IMG/VR virus record: IMGVR_UViG_3300036770_003016 | DNA length: 64,000 bases | Reading direction: 5' to 3' (one strand) | DNA from: a virus | Shown: one piece after another, positions 11,312 to 21,364 of the stretch | How positions within the stretch are numbered: position 1 is the first letter of the stretch | Layout of the letters: every line of letters starts with the position of its first letter | Made by a program: the position numbers and the translations under genes | Notes under the pieces: generated by a model | Told to the model about the DNA's origin: nothing | Database searches by the model: none | What the model saw: the letters and a program-made list of their open reading frames with translations, nothing else

Positions 11312-12439
11312 TTAAGAAGTAGGAAAATTATAATCATCATATTGTGTTGATTGTGCAGTAAAACGATCTGCACCAAAAAATGATTTTGTAACAATGTCTG
11401 TTTCTTTAAATTGCAAACTCATTCTAATAGCAACAGGCATACCTGTTCTACCAATACTAGGTTTAGGTTCGTTTGGAACTTCATAAGCAGTAAAACCATT
11501 TGGTGCATAATCTAAATCTATACTCTCCAAGACACATGTTGTTATTCTAGGAATGTTTGGATTTATTTTTCCGTTGTAATAAAATTGAACATCAAATTCT
11601 GATGGTGGAACTAAAAAGAATCCTTTACCTTCAGTTGAAATTTCTGGAGCCTGATGAAATTTTAAACGTGTAATTATTTTCTGAACTTCTGTTGCTTCCG
11701 ATTCACTACGAGGATAAAAAACAAAATCAAATCTAAATGTTCTAAAAGAAGGAGTACTGTATATCAATTCTAATTTTGGATTTTGAACTACACCAAATAT
11801 TGCTGCAAATCCAGAAGTTAAAAATGCACTACCTTTGGCTACTTCATTTGCAATAAATGGACTTAAGTTTTTAAATACATCGATTGCTCCTTGTTTAAAT
11901 TCACTACTTTTTCGTATAGTATCTACAAGAGTTGATGTTGCATCAAGACCTCTTGCAATTGGATCATTACCAATTTCTAAACCAGAATACCCTTGATTGT
12001 GAATATAACTTAGAGTATCTGGCATGTATAGTGCGACAGTATCTCGCACTCTCTCAATCGTTCGTGTGAAATTTAAAGTAACATCAGTTGTTGCTTTAGT
12101 TATATTTTGAACGGTTTCAGAACTTCCAAATACATTTTCAAATTTAGTTGAGGCTAAATTTGTCAAATCCGATAATGATTGACCAGGAGAATATGATCTA
12201 CCTTCAACTCTATCTTTTATGATCGTTGGTTGATCTCCAGTAGTTTGCCCTTTAAAATTCGTTTTCTTTTGTTGATTTATATGGAAAACGATATAGTGAC
12301 CTTTATCAGCAGAACCTAAGTCTTGAGGATATCTGTAAATATCATAACTGTACTGACTTTCTAAAGCCAATCCATTAGTTCCAAATCCAGTTCTTTTTGT
12401 GTTTTTAAAAGATATATCGGCAAAAGAGAAGAGTGCCAT
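11312..12439 (-). CDS. gp48: Baseplate tail-tube cap gp48-like
   Basis: YPQDL, LYMPD, NP..EL.Y..P.FRTF.FDF.F.PRS..EA; start taken at MALFSF (12439). Confidence 0.82.
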   Translation of the reverse strand: MALFSFADISFKNTKRTGFGTNGLALESQYSYDIYRYPQDLGSADKGHYIVFHINQQKKTNFKGQTTGDQPTIIKDRVEGRSYSPGQSLSDLTNLASTKFENVFGSSETVQNITKATTDVTLNFTRTIERVRDTVALYMPDTLSYIHNQGYSGLEIGNDPIARGLDATSTLVDTIRKSSEFKQGAIDVFKNLSPFIANEVAKGSAFLTSGFAAIFGVVQNPKLELIYSTPSFRTFRFDFVFYPRSESEATEVQKIITRLKFHQAPEISTEGKGFFLVPPSEFDVQFYYNGKINPNIPRITTCVLESIDLDYAPNGFTAYEVPNEPKPSIGRTGMPVAIRMSLQFKETDIVTKSFFGADRFTAQSTQYDDYNFPTS

Positions 12440-12456
12440 ATTTTTCCTTGAAGAGA

Positions 12457-12472
12457 ATAAATAGTATTTATA
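12457..12472. promoter_or_regulatory. Divergent pair of T4-type late promoters
   Basis: ATAAATA on + (12457-12463) and TATAAATA on - (12465-12472) between divergent late genes. Confidence 0.7.
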
Positions 12473-12906
12473 TGAGCTACAAAGGAATTTATACACCAAA
12501 AAACCCGGCAAAATACAAAGGAGACCCAAATAACATCATATGGAGATCAACTTGGGAAGCAAGGGTTATGAAATGGTTGGATTTATCTGAAAGTGTACTA
12601 TGGTGGTCTTCTGAAGAACTACCTATACGCTATTTCAATCCTATTGACAATAAGATCCATAGATACTTTCCAGATTTTATTGTAAAGATGAGAAAGAAAG
12701 ATAACTCTGTTAAGACTTATGTGATTGAAGTGAAACCAGAATATCAGACTAAACAACCAGTTAAGAAAAGACAAACACAGAAATTCATTAACGAATCAGT
12801 AACATACATAATCAATCAGTCTAAATGGAAAGCTGCAACAGAGTTTTGTAAAGATCATGGTTGGGAATTCATGATACTTACAGAGAAGGACATAGGTATT
12901 ACTTGA
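12472..12906 (+). CDS. gp4: Head completion nuclease gp4
   Basis: KYKGDP..I.WRS.WE, W.SEE, HRYFPDF, IEVKP, N..KW.AA; start at MSYKG. Confidence 0.92.
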   Translation: MSYKGIYTPKNPAKYKGDPNNIIWRSTWEARVMKWLDLSESVLWWSSEELPIRYFNPIDNKIHRYFPDFIVKMRKKDNSVKTYVIEVKPEYQTKQPVKKRQTQKFINESVTYIINQSKWKAATEFCKDHGWEFMILTEKDIGIT

Positions 12907-12972
12907 AAGCGGACACCTGTACTTATAATGCTTTTATTGAGATTTTAACTAAAATAGTAAATAAATAATGAC

Positions 12973-13551
12973 ATGGCATATCTAATAGAAAAAATTAAAC
13001 TCTCTCTCGCAAAAGAGGGAATACAATCAAGGACAAATAAATCTAGAGATTGGATTAAAGCTAAATTAAAAGAGTTGAACCCAAGACAACAATCGGTAAC
13101 TAGAGATAAGATTCGACTGAGAGATAGAAGTTTGATTGGAGAAATGTACTTTTTTTATTATGAACCAAAACTAAAGGATTCGTTGCCATATTACGACAGG
13201 TTCCCATTGGTCTTACCAATAGAACGATACTCAGACGGTATACTAGGGTTGAATTTACATTACATTCACCCAAAGCAACGAATTATCCTTTTAGATAAAT
13301 TGAGTGAGTTTTTGAACAATAGTAAATATGACGAAAGTACTAAATTTAAAATCAATTACAGTATTTTAAAAAATGCATCAAGAATATATGAATCGAAACC
13401 ATGTCTGAAGAGATATCTGTACTCACATATTGAGTCTAGATTTATTCGCATTAGTCCAGATGAGTGGGACATCGCAGCTTTGTTACCATTAGAACTTTTT
13501 GAAAAACATAAAACAAGTAAAGTATGGTACGATTCCAGAAAGAAATTTTAA
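12973..13551 (+). CDS. gp2: DNA end protector gp2
   Basis: LPYYDRFPLV, GLNLHY, KPCLKRYL. Confidence 0.92.
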   Translation: MAYLIEKIKLSLAKEGIQSRTNKSRDWIKAKLKELNPRQQSVTRDKIRLRDRSLIGEMYFFYYEPKLKDSLPYYDRFPLVLPIERYSDGILGLNLHYIHPKQRIILLDKLSEFLNNSKYDESTKFKINYSILKNASRIYESKPCLKRYLYSHIESRFIRISPDEWDIAALLPLELFEKHKTSKVWYDSRKKF

Positions 13552-14325
13552 ATGTCATTTTCACCAAATTTATTTTTATCTAACTTAAATGCAAAAGACG
13601 GTTTGGCAAAACCAAATCGTTTTGAAGTTATTTTGCCAATACCACAGTACATCAATAACTTTATTGGCAATTCGTTCATCGAAAAAATATTAAATTTACC
13701 AAATACAATTATAGCAGATGTTACTGATATTATAAGAAGAACATCTACAGATCAACAGTCAAGAAGTGACAATCCTTCAATGACTCGTTACTTATCTTTG
13801 CAATGTGAAGCAGCAGAGTTACCAGGAAAAAGTTTAATCACACAAGATGTCAAAATATATGGCCCAACTTTTAAAGTTCCATATCAGACACAATATCAAG
13901 ATACAAGTTTAACATTCCTTTGCACAAATGAATTCTATGAAAGAAAATTATTTGAAAAGTGGACTGAATCTATCATGCCAACTGACACAAATAATCTCAG
14001 ATATGCAAAAGGAAACGATACAAGATATCTAACAAATATAAAGATCATACAGTATGATGAATTCATTCGTCAAATATACATTGTTGAATTGCTAGATGCA
14101 TTTCCTATTTCTATAGGCAATCAAGCTTTGTCTTGGAGTGATGATAACTTTCATAGACTGACTGTACAATTTGCATATCAAAAATACCGTGTTGTGTATG
14201 CTGGTAATTATGATCTAGTTCAAGCTGCAACAAGTTTATTTGGTTCAAAATTAACATCGTTTACTGAAAAATTTTCTTCTGCAATTTCAAAACCTGTGGG
14301 ATCAATATTTGACTTAGTAACATAA
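13552..14325 (+). CDS. gp54: Baseplate tail-tube initiator gp54-like
   Basis: GLAKPNRFEV, CEAAELPG, AFPISI..LSW tube-fold motifs. Confidence 0.75.
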   Translation: MSFSPNLFLSNLNAKDGLAKPNRFEVILPIPQYINNFIGNSFIEKILNLPNTIIADVTDIIRRTSTDQQSRSDNPSMTRYLSLQCEAAELPGKSLITQDVKIYGPTFKVPYQTQYQDTSLTFLCTNEFYERKLFEKWTESIMPTDTNNLRYAKGNDTRYLTNIKIIQYDEFIRQIYIVELLDAFPISIGNQALSWSDDNFHRLTVQFAYQKYRVVYAGNYDLVQAATSLFGSKLTSFTEKFSSAISKPVGSIFDLVT

Positions 14326-14340
14326 CAATGGAGATATAAG

Positions 14341-15060
14341 ATGGCTTTACCTAAAATTGATGTGCCAATTCATACGATAGATTTACCTTTAACTAAAAAG
14401 AAAATTCGTTATCGTCCGTTTTTAGTAAAAGAAGAAAAGATTCTTCTTATGGCAATGGAATCGCAAGATGAGAATACAATTTTTGATTCAATAAAACAAA
14501 TAGTAAATAACTGTTCGTTAGATGAATTAGATGTTGATGATTTGCCAATAACAGATTTAGAATATTTCTTTTTACATCTAAGAGCTAGATCGGTTAGTGA
14601 AGTTGTTGATTTACAATATAAGTGCAACAACAAAATTAAAGAACAAGATTGTGGTAACATTGTAAAAGTTAAAGTAAACATATTAGAAATAAAACCAGAG
14701 TTTCAAAAAGACCATAGTACGAAAATACAAATAACAGATGAACTTGGTTTAATTATGAAGTATCCAAGTTTAAAAGTTATTCAAAACATAAAATCTGAAA
14801 ATGAAGTAGATAGACTCATGGAAATTATTTTGAAATGTATAGATGCAATCTATGATAAGAACTCAATGTATTATACTAAAGATGTGAGTGAAGAAGAATT
14901 AAAAGATTTCGTTGAGGGACTAACGCAACAACAATTTGTAAAGATACAGAAGTTTTTTGAGTCTGTTCCCAAGATGAAAAAGAATTTAAGCTTCAAATGT
15001 AATAAATGTGGGTATGAAGATACTGTTCTCGTAGAAGGTATACAAAATTTTTTCGAATAA
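14341..15060 (+). CDS. gp26: Baseplate hub assembly protein gp26-like
   Basis: MALPKI, RPFLVKEEKILL, LRARSV.E, CxxC; ends in slippery sequence. Confidence 0.88.
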   Translation: MALPKIDVPIHTIDLPLTKKKIRYRPFLVKEEKILLMAMESQDENTIFDSIKQIVNNCSLDELDVDDLPITDLEYFFLHLRARSVSEVVDLQYKCNNKIKEQDCGNIVKVKVNILEIKPEFQKDHSTKIQITDELGLIMKYPSLKVIQNIKSENEVDRLMEIILKCIDAIYDKNSMYYTKDVSEEELKDFVEGLTQQQFVKIQKFFESVPKMKKNLSFKCNKCGYEDTVLVEGIQNFFE

Positions 15061-15110
15061 CTTTTTGTCATGATAATTTAAAAAACCACTATGAAACTAA
15101 CTTCGCACTC

Positions 15111-15251
15111 ATGCAACATCACAAGTATAGTTTGGCAGAATTGGATAATTTGCTGCCGTGGGAAAAATCAATTTATATAACACTACTGATGAATCACATT
15201 GAAGAAGAAAATGAAAAGATCAAACAACTAAACGCTAATAAAAAGAGATAA
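15111..15251 (+). CDS. gp51: gp51-like hub assembly catalyst (not in ORF track; frame open back to 15048)
   Basis: MQHHKYSLAELDNLLPWEKSIYITLL; -1 frame relative to gp26. Confidence 0.8.
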   Translation: MQHHKYSLAELDNLLPWEKSIYITLLMNHIEEENEKIKQLNANKKR

Positions 15252-15254
15252 TAA

Positions 15255-17078
15255 ATGGCATTTGCAGACGTTATTAGAAAACAGAGAAGTGGTGGAAAGG
15301 GAGTCTTTGGTTCTCTCTCTAGTGCAGCAACAGAATCACTAAAAGAAAAAATGGATCCAAGAAATCTATTGGATCAAAAAGGTGTTCTGACTGCTCTGTT
15401 TCCAGGTCTAAAAAGTTATAAGACTAAACAAGTAGAAAGAAGTAGTAGGAGAATAGCTACTGGTCCAAGTTTAGTTTCTGTAAATAATGACACTCTAAAT
15501 GCCATGAATGAGAAGTTAGATTTTATTGGCAAAAATACAATGTCATTACCAATAATGATGCGTGACATTAATGTCATGCGTCAGAGTATGATTAAATTAG
15601 TTAAGTTACAAGGTGGGGAACAAAAAGATAGTGCTGATAAATTCTTTAAGACTTCTGCTGAACAAGAAAAACTGTATGAGAATACATTAAAATCGAAAAA
15701 GGGGTCTACAGCACCAACAAAAGTTGGTGGAGAAGTTAAGACAAGTTCTATGGGTAATCTTGCATTAATGGCAACAGTATTTTTAGGTGTTCTTGGTGCT
15801 TATTTTACGAGTTCAGAATTTAAAGAGAAAGTCGATAACTTAATTGGTGGTTTAGTCAAGTCTGTTTTTGGAGAAACAACTTTTTCTGATTTAGTAACTG
15901 GTGTTACTGCTGCTATTGGAGCTTTAGCAGTATTGAAATTAACATTTATGGCTTTTGATACATTTATGAAAGGAATGATGACTCGACTTGGTACTAAAAT
16001 ATTTGGTCCTGGAGCTCCAGTACCAACACCAGGTGATGTTCCAGATGTTGATAAAGATAAAGCAAAGGGTAAAGGAAAATCCAAATATGGGACTATACAA
16101 GATAGACCAAAAGGCAATTTAGATAAAGCAAAAGAACTTGCAAGTAAAGCTAGAGGCGCAATGAACGCTACTAATTTTGCAAGAATGGGCGCCCTTGGTC
16201 TTCTTGTTGGTGAAGCATATATGTTATATAAATTGATTGAGAGTGATTCACATGAAACGCCAAGTCAGGCAGATGTAGAGGAGGGTGTTGATGGTGGTTG
16301 GACACCAGAACAAGGGTTTACTGCTGACGGCGGTCCTGTTGATACAGATAAGATAAAGGGATTACCAAATGTACCAAACTATGTTGATCCAAGTGGAGCT
16401 AAAGCAGAACAAAATAGATTGAGCAATTATAAACCTTCAAGAGTTAGTAATAATGAACTTTTAGAAATGATTGGAAAAGCTGAAGGTGGTGCCATGGGGT
16501 ATGATGCCATCAATAAAGGCAAAGCAGGTGATACCCCAGAAGGTTTGCCTGGGTTATCAAACATGACTGTTGGACAAGTAATGCAACTTCAGAAAGACAA
16601 AAAAGTATTTGCTGCTGGTAAATATCAAATAATACCTACAACACTAAAAGGATTAGTTGATAGTGGTATCGTTAAGATTGAAGATAAATTTGATTCTGCT
16701 ACACAAGACAAACTTGCAAATGAACTAATACAAAGACGATTGAATAGAGCTGGGTCTGATCCAATACAACAACAATTAGAATTGTCTAAAGAATTTGCTT
16801 CAATAGCCAATCCACATACCGGCAGTTCATATTATGATGGAAAGGGAAATAACAAAGCAAGTATTGCTAGTATTTTCACAAGAACTCCTGGTTCTACAAT
16901 TGCAGCATCATCTGTCGCTGTTGCTGATGGTAAAATGGCTTCATCTATGCCACCTGTTGTTATCAATTCACCACAAACAGTAAACAACATGGCTCAATCT
17001 GGTTCAAGTAATATTATTACTGCAAGTGTACTAGATGAAGAATTTGCTAGACTTCTTTTCGAAAGAGCAGTAATTTAA
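15255..17078 (+). CDS. Tape-measure/hub protein with lysozyme-like domain
   Basis: Helical N-half with hydrophobic segments; AEGG..YDA and AAGKYQII muramidase-like motifs; follows gp26/gp51. Confidence 0.65.
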   Translation: MAFADVIRKQRSGGKGVFGSLSSAATESLKEKMDPRNLLDQKGVLTALFPGLKSYKTKQVERSSRRIATGPSLVSVNNDTLNAMNEKLDFIGKNTMSLPIMMRDINVMRQSMIKLVKLQGGEQKDSADKFFKTSAEQEKLYENTLKSKKGSTAPTKVGGEVKTSSMGNLALMATVFLGVLGAYFTSSEFKEKVDNLIGGLVKSVFGETTFSDLVTGVTAAIGALAVLKLTFMAFDTFMKGMMTRLGTKIFGPGAPVPTPGDVPDVDKDKAKGKGKSKYGTIQDRPKGNLDKAKELASKARGAMNATNFARMGALGLLVGEAYMLYKLIESDSHETPSQADVEEGVDGGWTPEQGFTADGGPVDTDKIKGLPNVPNYVDPSGAKAEQNRLSNYKPSRVSNNELLEMIGKAEGGAMGYDAINKGKAGDTPEGLPGLSNMTVGQVMQLQKDKKVFAAGKYQIIPTTLKGLVDSGIVKIEDKFDSATQDKLANELIQRRLNRAGSDPIQQQLELSKEFASIANPHTGSSYYDGKGNNKASIASIFTRTPGSTIAASSVAVADGKMASSMPPVVINSPQTVNNMAQSGSSNIITASVLDEEFARLLFERAVI

Positions 17079-17081
17079 AAT

Positions 17082-17105
17082 AAAAAACCCCGCCGAAGCG
17101 GGGTT
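17082..17105 (-). terminator. Intrinsic terminator between convergent genes
   Basis: AACCCCGC-TTCG-GCGGGGTT-TTTT on - strand. Confidence 0.9.
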
Positions 17106-17123
17106 GCATGGGAACGAATCTGT

Positions 17124-18014
17124 TTAATCAGACTCGGCAAGGGACTTGAAGTAATCCAAATCTTCATCATCTGCAATAGATGTTTTCTTATTCAGAATTT
17201 CCTCATCATCAAACTTTGTAACAATCTCATCGTCAGCCTTAGATTTGATTGGTGCAGCACCACCTTCAAAACCAAGAACTTTGTCTAAACGACCTTTGAG
17301 TTGATCATAAGACTTGAATTGTTTCTTCTCAGTAAACTCTTTGAGAGAGAATTCTGATTTCCAAAGTTTCTCAAGCTTCTCGTCATCACCATTGAAGAGT
17401 GCCTCTGCACTATCAAATTCTGATTTATCGTAATTGCGATAACCTTCTACATTACGAATCTTGAGTTTGAAGTTTGCACCTTCCCAGAAGTCAAACGGAT
17501 TGATTGGCTTCTCATCTTCGAATTCTGGGTTCATTGCCTCAGAAAGTTTATCGAAAATCTTCTTGCCAAACTTAAACAGTTTAACTTGACCTTCGTTTTC
17601 TGGATTCTTGGGATCAGAAACAACAAGAATATTTGCAATATAACTTAGTTTGCGTTTCTGTTTACGAGCAATATCTTTGTTTGCTTCAATACCAGAATTC
17701 CATAGAACGGAATTGTGTTCGCAAACAGGACATTTTTCATTGATTGTTGTGAGACAGTTATCAATCAACCAACCACCAGGTCCTTGAAACCCGTGATTGA
17801 AGATTCGTACCCAGGGTAGAGCATCATCACCATCTGCTGCGGGTGCGGGGAGAAAACGAATGATAGCCATTCCGTTACCAGATTTATCTACTTCTGGTGC
17901 CCAGAACCTTGTATCGTCTTTGGAGTTTTCTGTTGATTGGGTTGTGGCTTCGATAGCCTTTGTGAGTTTCTCAAAAGAGTTTTTATTTCGTTTGAGATTT
18001 GCAAAACTAGACAT
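17124..18014 (-). CDS. gp32: Single-stranded DNA-binding protein gp32
   Basis: IRFLP, HGFQGPGGW, CLTT..CPVC, FDFWEGANFKLK, NYDKSEF, acidic tail. Confidence 0.96.
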   Translation of the reverse strand: MSSFANLKRNKNSFEKLTKAIEATTQSTENSKDDTRFWAPEVDKSGNGMAIIRFLPAPAADGDDALPWVRIFNHGFQGPGGWLIDNCLTTINEKCPVCEHNSVLWNSGIEANKDIARKQKRKLSYIANILVVSDPKNPENEGQVKLFKFGKKIFDKLSEAMNPEFEDEKPINPFDFWEGANFKLKIRNVEGYRNYDKSEFDSAEALFNGDDEKLEKLWKSEFSLKEFTEKKQFKSYDQLKGRLDKVLGFEGGAAPIKSKADDEIVTKFDDEEILNKKTSIADDEDLDYFKSLAESD

Positions 18015-18089
18015 AGTATTTCCTTTCGTATAAACGGAGTATAAACGGTATATTAACGACTTATCCACATAAACATTATATACTAATAT

Positions 18090-18707
18090 TTAGTGGTTTA
18101 CAAGCACTTTTCCATCAATTAATTTCTTGAGTATTAATTTGTACCGAGTTTTATCAAATTGTATAAACGGTGTATATTTCATTGCCTTTCTTTTAAAGAC
18201 AGGCCAACGAATCGTATCATTTATCTTCTTATCCCACATCGGCAAAAAATTCATTAGTGAGTTCATTATACAGAAAGTCTCAATTTGTGTAACATTCTGT
18301 AAAGTCTTCACTAATAGTAATGGATACTCGCCATCTTCACTTTGCAAAATGTCATTCGGGTTGTCTACCATATCAAACAATTTATTGCAATCGTTCTCAA
18401 AGGTATAGGACAAACTCTGAATGACTTTTTGCCTTTCTCTGTAAACAGTTTCAGACTGACCTTCAAGTAAATTACCTACCCAACAATTTTCATCATTGAC
18501 AAAATTGGCAACAAGAAAATTTATGAGTTCATCTTTACTCTGCAATCGTCGAGAAAGCTTATAGAAAAAGAATTTATCTTTTCTATTTTCAAAACTATCT
18601 ACAGAAACTTTACTTTTACCACCATACTTTAAAAAGTCATAAGACTCTTGCGTGAAATGCAATTTCATCGATTGATATAAACAAAAAGCTTCATATCCAG
18701 TTATCAT
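18090..18707 (-). CDS. gp59: Helicase loader gp59
   Basis: KLHF..YDF.KY.GK, F..RKD.FFF.KL; upstream of gp32. Confidence 0.88.
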   Translation of the reverse strand: MITGYEAFCLYQSMKLHFTQESYDFLKYGGKSKVSVDSFENRKDKFFFYKLSRRLQSKDELINFLVANFVNDENCWVGNLLEGQSETVYRERQKVIQSLSYTFENDCNKLFDMVDNPNDILQSEDGEYPLLLVKTLQNVTQIETFCIMNSLMNFLPMWDKKINDTIRWPVFKRKAMKYTPFIQFDKTRYKLILKKLIDGKVLVNH

Positions 18708-18928
18708 ATTGGCAATCTAGGTGTTTTCTCTTTAAGTAAGTTTTGTTCTTGTGCATCATTTTCAATCTTCTTTTTAAGATGACTATTTACTAACGATGCA
18801 GCAACTTCAATTTCTAAACCAGTCTCTTTACAATACTCGACTATTGCTTCAATGTAATTATAGTCGGTGTTTGACACCATACTATCAATTGCAAAGGCAA
18901 ATTTTTTCTGTTCTTCTTTTGTAGGCAT
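18704..18928 (-). CDS. gp33: Late transcription coactivator gp33
   Basis: YIEAIVEYC..GLEIE, LKKKIE.DA..N.L; gp33-gp59-gp32 synteny. Confidence 0.88.
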   Translation of the reverse strand: MPTKEEQKKFAFAIDSMVSNTDYNYIEAIVEYCKETGLEIEVAASLVNSHLKKKIENDAQEQNLLKEKTPRLPI

Positions 18929-19479
18929 TATCGTTGACTAATCTTTATCTCTTCAAAACCAAATGGGCATTTTTCATCCCAGCACTTGTTTGTTTCCATA
19001 ACACTTTTGGGAAGATTACAAAGAGGACAATTATTCAAACTGTCTATACCAGTAATCATTGTGTTACCTGGCAGACTAAAATCAAAAGGTTCAATTTTGA
19101 TGTCTTGGAACGCTGTAATGATATCGTCTTGATGGGCGCCTGTCATATTAGACATGTTATCAAATTTAATATCATTTAAACTAATCTGAATAGTGTCATC
19201 GAACATAGACGGAGGGTTCTTAATTAAATTATCTGCCATTGATTTAAAAACACTAGAGGAAGAAGGTTTATATTCTTCATCTTCCTCATCCTCTTCCTCA
19301 TCATCTGCTTCATATTGTGGTTGTACAATATCAAGATAACCATCAATTTCAAATTCAGAGGTGCCTTGAATAAACTGTTCTATTTTTGTTAAAACTTGAT
19401 GAATAGAATAAGCTGTAAATTCAATCGTATTCACAGTATCGTTATCTTCATTCTCACATTTAAATGTAAATTTTGCCAT
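18928..19479 (-). CDS. Hypothetical acidic protein with C-terminal Cys cluster
   Basis: ORF abutting gp33; CPLC..CWDEKCP. Confidence 0.6.
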   Translation of the reverse strand: MAKFTFKCENEDNDTVNTIEFTAYSIHQVLTKIEQFIQGTSEFEIDGYLDIVQPQYEADDEEEDEEDEEYKPSSSSVFKSMADNLIKNPPSMFDDTIQISLNDIKFDNMSNMTGAHQDDIITAFQDIKIEPFDFSLPGNTMITGIDSLNNCPLCNLPKSVMETNKCWDEKCPFGFEEIKISQR

Positions 19480-19495
19480 TTTATATTTCCTTTGA

Positions 19496-19732
19496 TTATT
19501 TTTTAGTTGATTCTACTACAATTTGTTTTGAACTTGCCGTATAAGTTATACAAAGAATATCTTGCGATACAGCATATGCACAACGAACTGAAAGTGGATC
19601 AACGCCTTTTGCAACTGCTTTTTCAATGTTTGCAGACATTAAAACATTTTGATTGATGTAATATGTTGTAATTGACAATATGAAAACAACAATCATTGTT
19701 GTAATACAAATTAAAAATAAATTATCAGCCAT
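19496..19732 (-). CDS. Small membrane-anchored protein
   Basis: N-terminal hydrophobic helix; GVDPLSVRCAY. Confidence 0.6.
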   Translation of the reverse strand: MADNLFLICITTMIVVFILSITTYYINQNVLMSANIEKAVAKGVDPLSVRCAYAVSQDILCITYTASSKQIVVESTKK

Positions 19733-20277
19733 CAGGTGTTCCTTTCGTTATAAAAAATGTGTCTACCAATTGTAACAACTCTTTCTAAATGTCGCCAATT
19801 AGGGTTCACATAGTCGGCATGGTAATACAAAGAACCTCTTGATGGGTCTTTCATCATTTCAAAATTAGCATAAATGTAAACTGCTAAATCACGAATCTCA
19901 TTATACTCTTTGTTGTTAGTAATTGTCAATATATTATTACGGTACAAGTAATTAGGTCTTGCCTCACAATACCAAGAAAATTGACAAAGGCGTGAATTTC
20001 TTTGTTCTACGACTTCACAGATTGTATTTGGAAAGTCTTTAGAAAAAACACGATTTAATGTTACAAAGGCTACAGCAACTTGCCCTTCTTTTGGTTCGCT
20101 TCTTGCCTCAAAGTAAATATTCTTGGCAAGACATTGAACTTCTTTTTGTGCAAACCGTGATAGATTATTGAAGTCTGTTGCAATTTCTATCTGTTGGTGT
20201 CTTAATGGTCTTAGAGTCTCAATAAAAAATATGGTTGCAAACATAAGTCCGAAAAGACTCAGAAGTAAACGATACAT
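19732..20277 (-). CDS. Cell wall hydrolase (SleB/Hydrolase_2)
   Basis: CLAKNIYFEARSE, VTLNRV, CQFSW, YYHADYV.P.W, IGRHIFY; N-terminal anchor. Confidence 0.92.
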   Translation of the reverse strand: MYRLLLSLFGLMFATIFFIETLRPLRHQQIEIATDFNNLSRFAQKEVQCLAKNIYFEARSEPKEGQVAVAFVTLNRVFSKDFPNTICEVVEQRNSRLCQFSWYCEARPNYLYRNNILTITNNKEYNEIRDLAVYIYANFEMMKDPSRGSLYYHADYVNPNWRHLERVVTIGRHIFYNERNT

Positions 20278-20296
20278 TTGAATTCTCCTTGTTAAA

Positions 20297-20316
20297 AGAG
20301 AGGCCTAAGCCTCTCT
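20297..20316 (-). terminator. Intrinsic terminator
   Basis: AGAGAGGC-TTAG-GCCTCTCT followed by T run on - strand. Confidence 0.65.
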
Positions 20317-20322
20317 AGTCCA

Positions 20323-20589
20323 TCAGGATTTTTTGGTTGATTTCTCTACTGAGATATTAGAGACGAAGGTATTCAAAGATTGTGCTTTGAGTATCACTTC
20401 TTGTTCTGATGGGTATGGTGGAAGTTCTGGCTGATTAGGAACAGATGTTCCTGCCAGTCTGGCGTTTTCAGTTGAAACTTGCCAGTTATTGTGAGACACT
20501 TCTCGCTTTGCAAAATAGTCTTGTTCAAGCATATCTTTTGCAAGTTTTAACAATTCTAAGCGTATCTCAAATGGTGTCATATTAGACAT
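20323..20589 (-). CDS. Conserved T4-like hypothetical protein
   Basis: TPFEIRLELLK.AK motif; good SD. Confidence 0.7.
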   Translation of the reverse strand: MSNMTPFEIRLELLKLAKDMLEQDYFAKREVSHNNWQVSTENARLAGTSVPNQPELPPYPSEQEVILKAQSLNTFVSNISVEKSTKKS

Positions 20590-20638
20590 AGTTTTCTCCT
20601 TGTGTGTTATGTGTGTACCAGATTAACTGGTTAGCTAT

Positions 20639-21343
20639 TTAGTCCCACAGATTTCTGTAGTACTTACCAAACAGTCTTGTACCGTTATTGATTCGTTCAT
20701 TGTACTTTTCGTAACCTTCACGATCAAACTCTGCGGTGTGATTTGGTCCCCTCTCAAAAGTATAAAGAGTTGGTTTACCATTCTCATCCCACTCGCAAGG
20801 TACAGACTTCATATCATGTACACCAGTATGGAATTGTGCATCATAGTCATCGTTACATAACTGTTCAAATGCCCAAATCATTTCATCAAGAACCCATTCC
20901 CATCGTGCATGAATATCACAATGACTTTCTTTTGGTTCGTCTTGCTTATAGAAATCAAAAGTTTCTTGTGCATCATATTCTTCATGTGTGATGCAACGAA
21001 GATGTTCTGGTACATCCTCTAAGTCTACCATAGGAGAACCATGCTTAGTCTTTTTCAACTGCTTGAGCATTGGCAGGATGATTGGAGACAATGTTGTATC
21101 CATGTTCCAAGTGTCGTACTTGTCAATCTTGACATACTCAATTCTTGGATGAACAAAATCAAGAAACTTCTGAAACCCAACACAAACAGGATTCAGAAGA
21201 TTGACAAACTTCTCGTACTTGTTTTTTGGATCGTCATCAAGATTATAGATGATGTCTTTGTCTTTTTCCCAAAAACAAATTTTGGTCAAAATTGTATATG
21301 GAGACAACCAATGATTACGATATTTGCTGATGTATACTTTCAC
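20639..21343 (-). CDS. Conserved phage hypothetical protein
   Basis: IDKYDTWNMD.TL..II.PMLKQL; G..LFGKYY..LWD. Confidence 0.7.
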   Translation of the reverse strand: MKVYISKYRNHWLSPYTILTKICFWEKDKDIIYNLDDDPKNKYEKFVNLLNPVCVGFQKFLDFVHPRIEYVKIDKYDTWNMDTTLSPIILPMLKQLKKTKHGSPMVDLEDVPEHLRCITHEEYDAQETFDFYKQDEPKESHCDIHARWEWVLDEMIWAFEQLCNDDYDAQFHTGVHDMKSVPCEWDENGKPTLYTFERGPNHTAEFDREGYEKYNERINNGTRLFGKYYRNLWD

Positions 21344-21364
21344 AATGTTTTCCCATAAAAAAAT

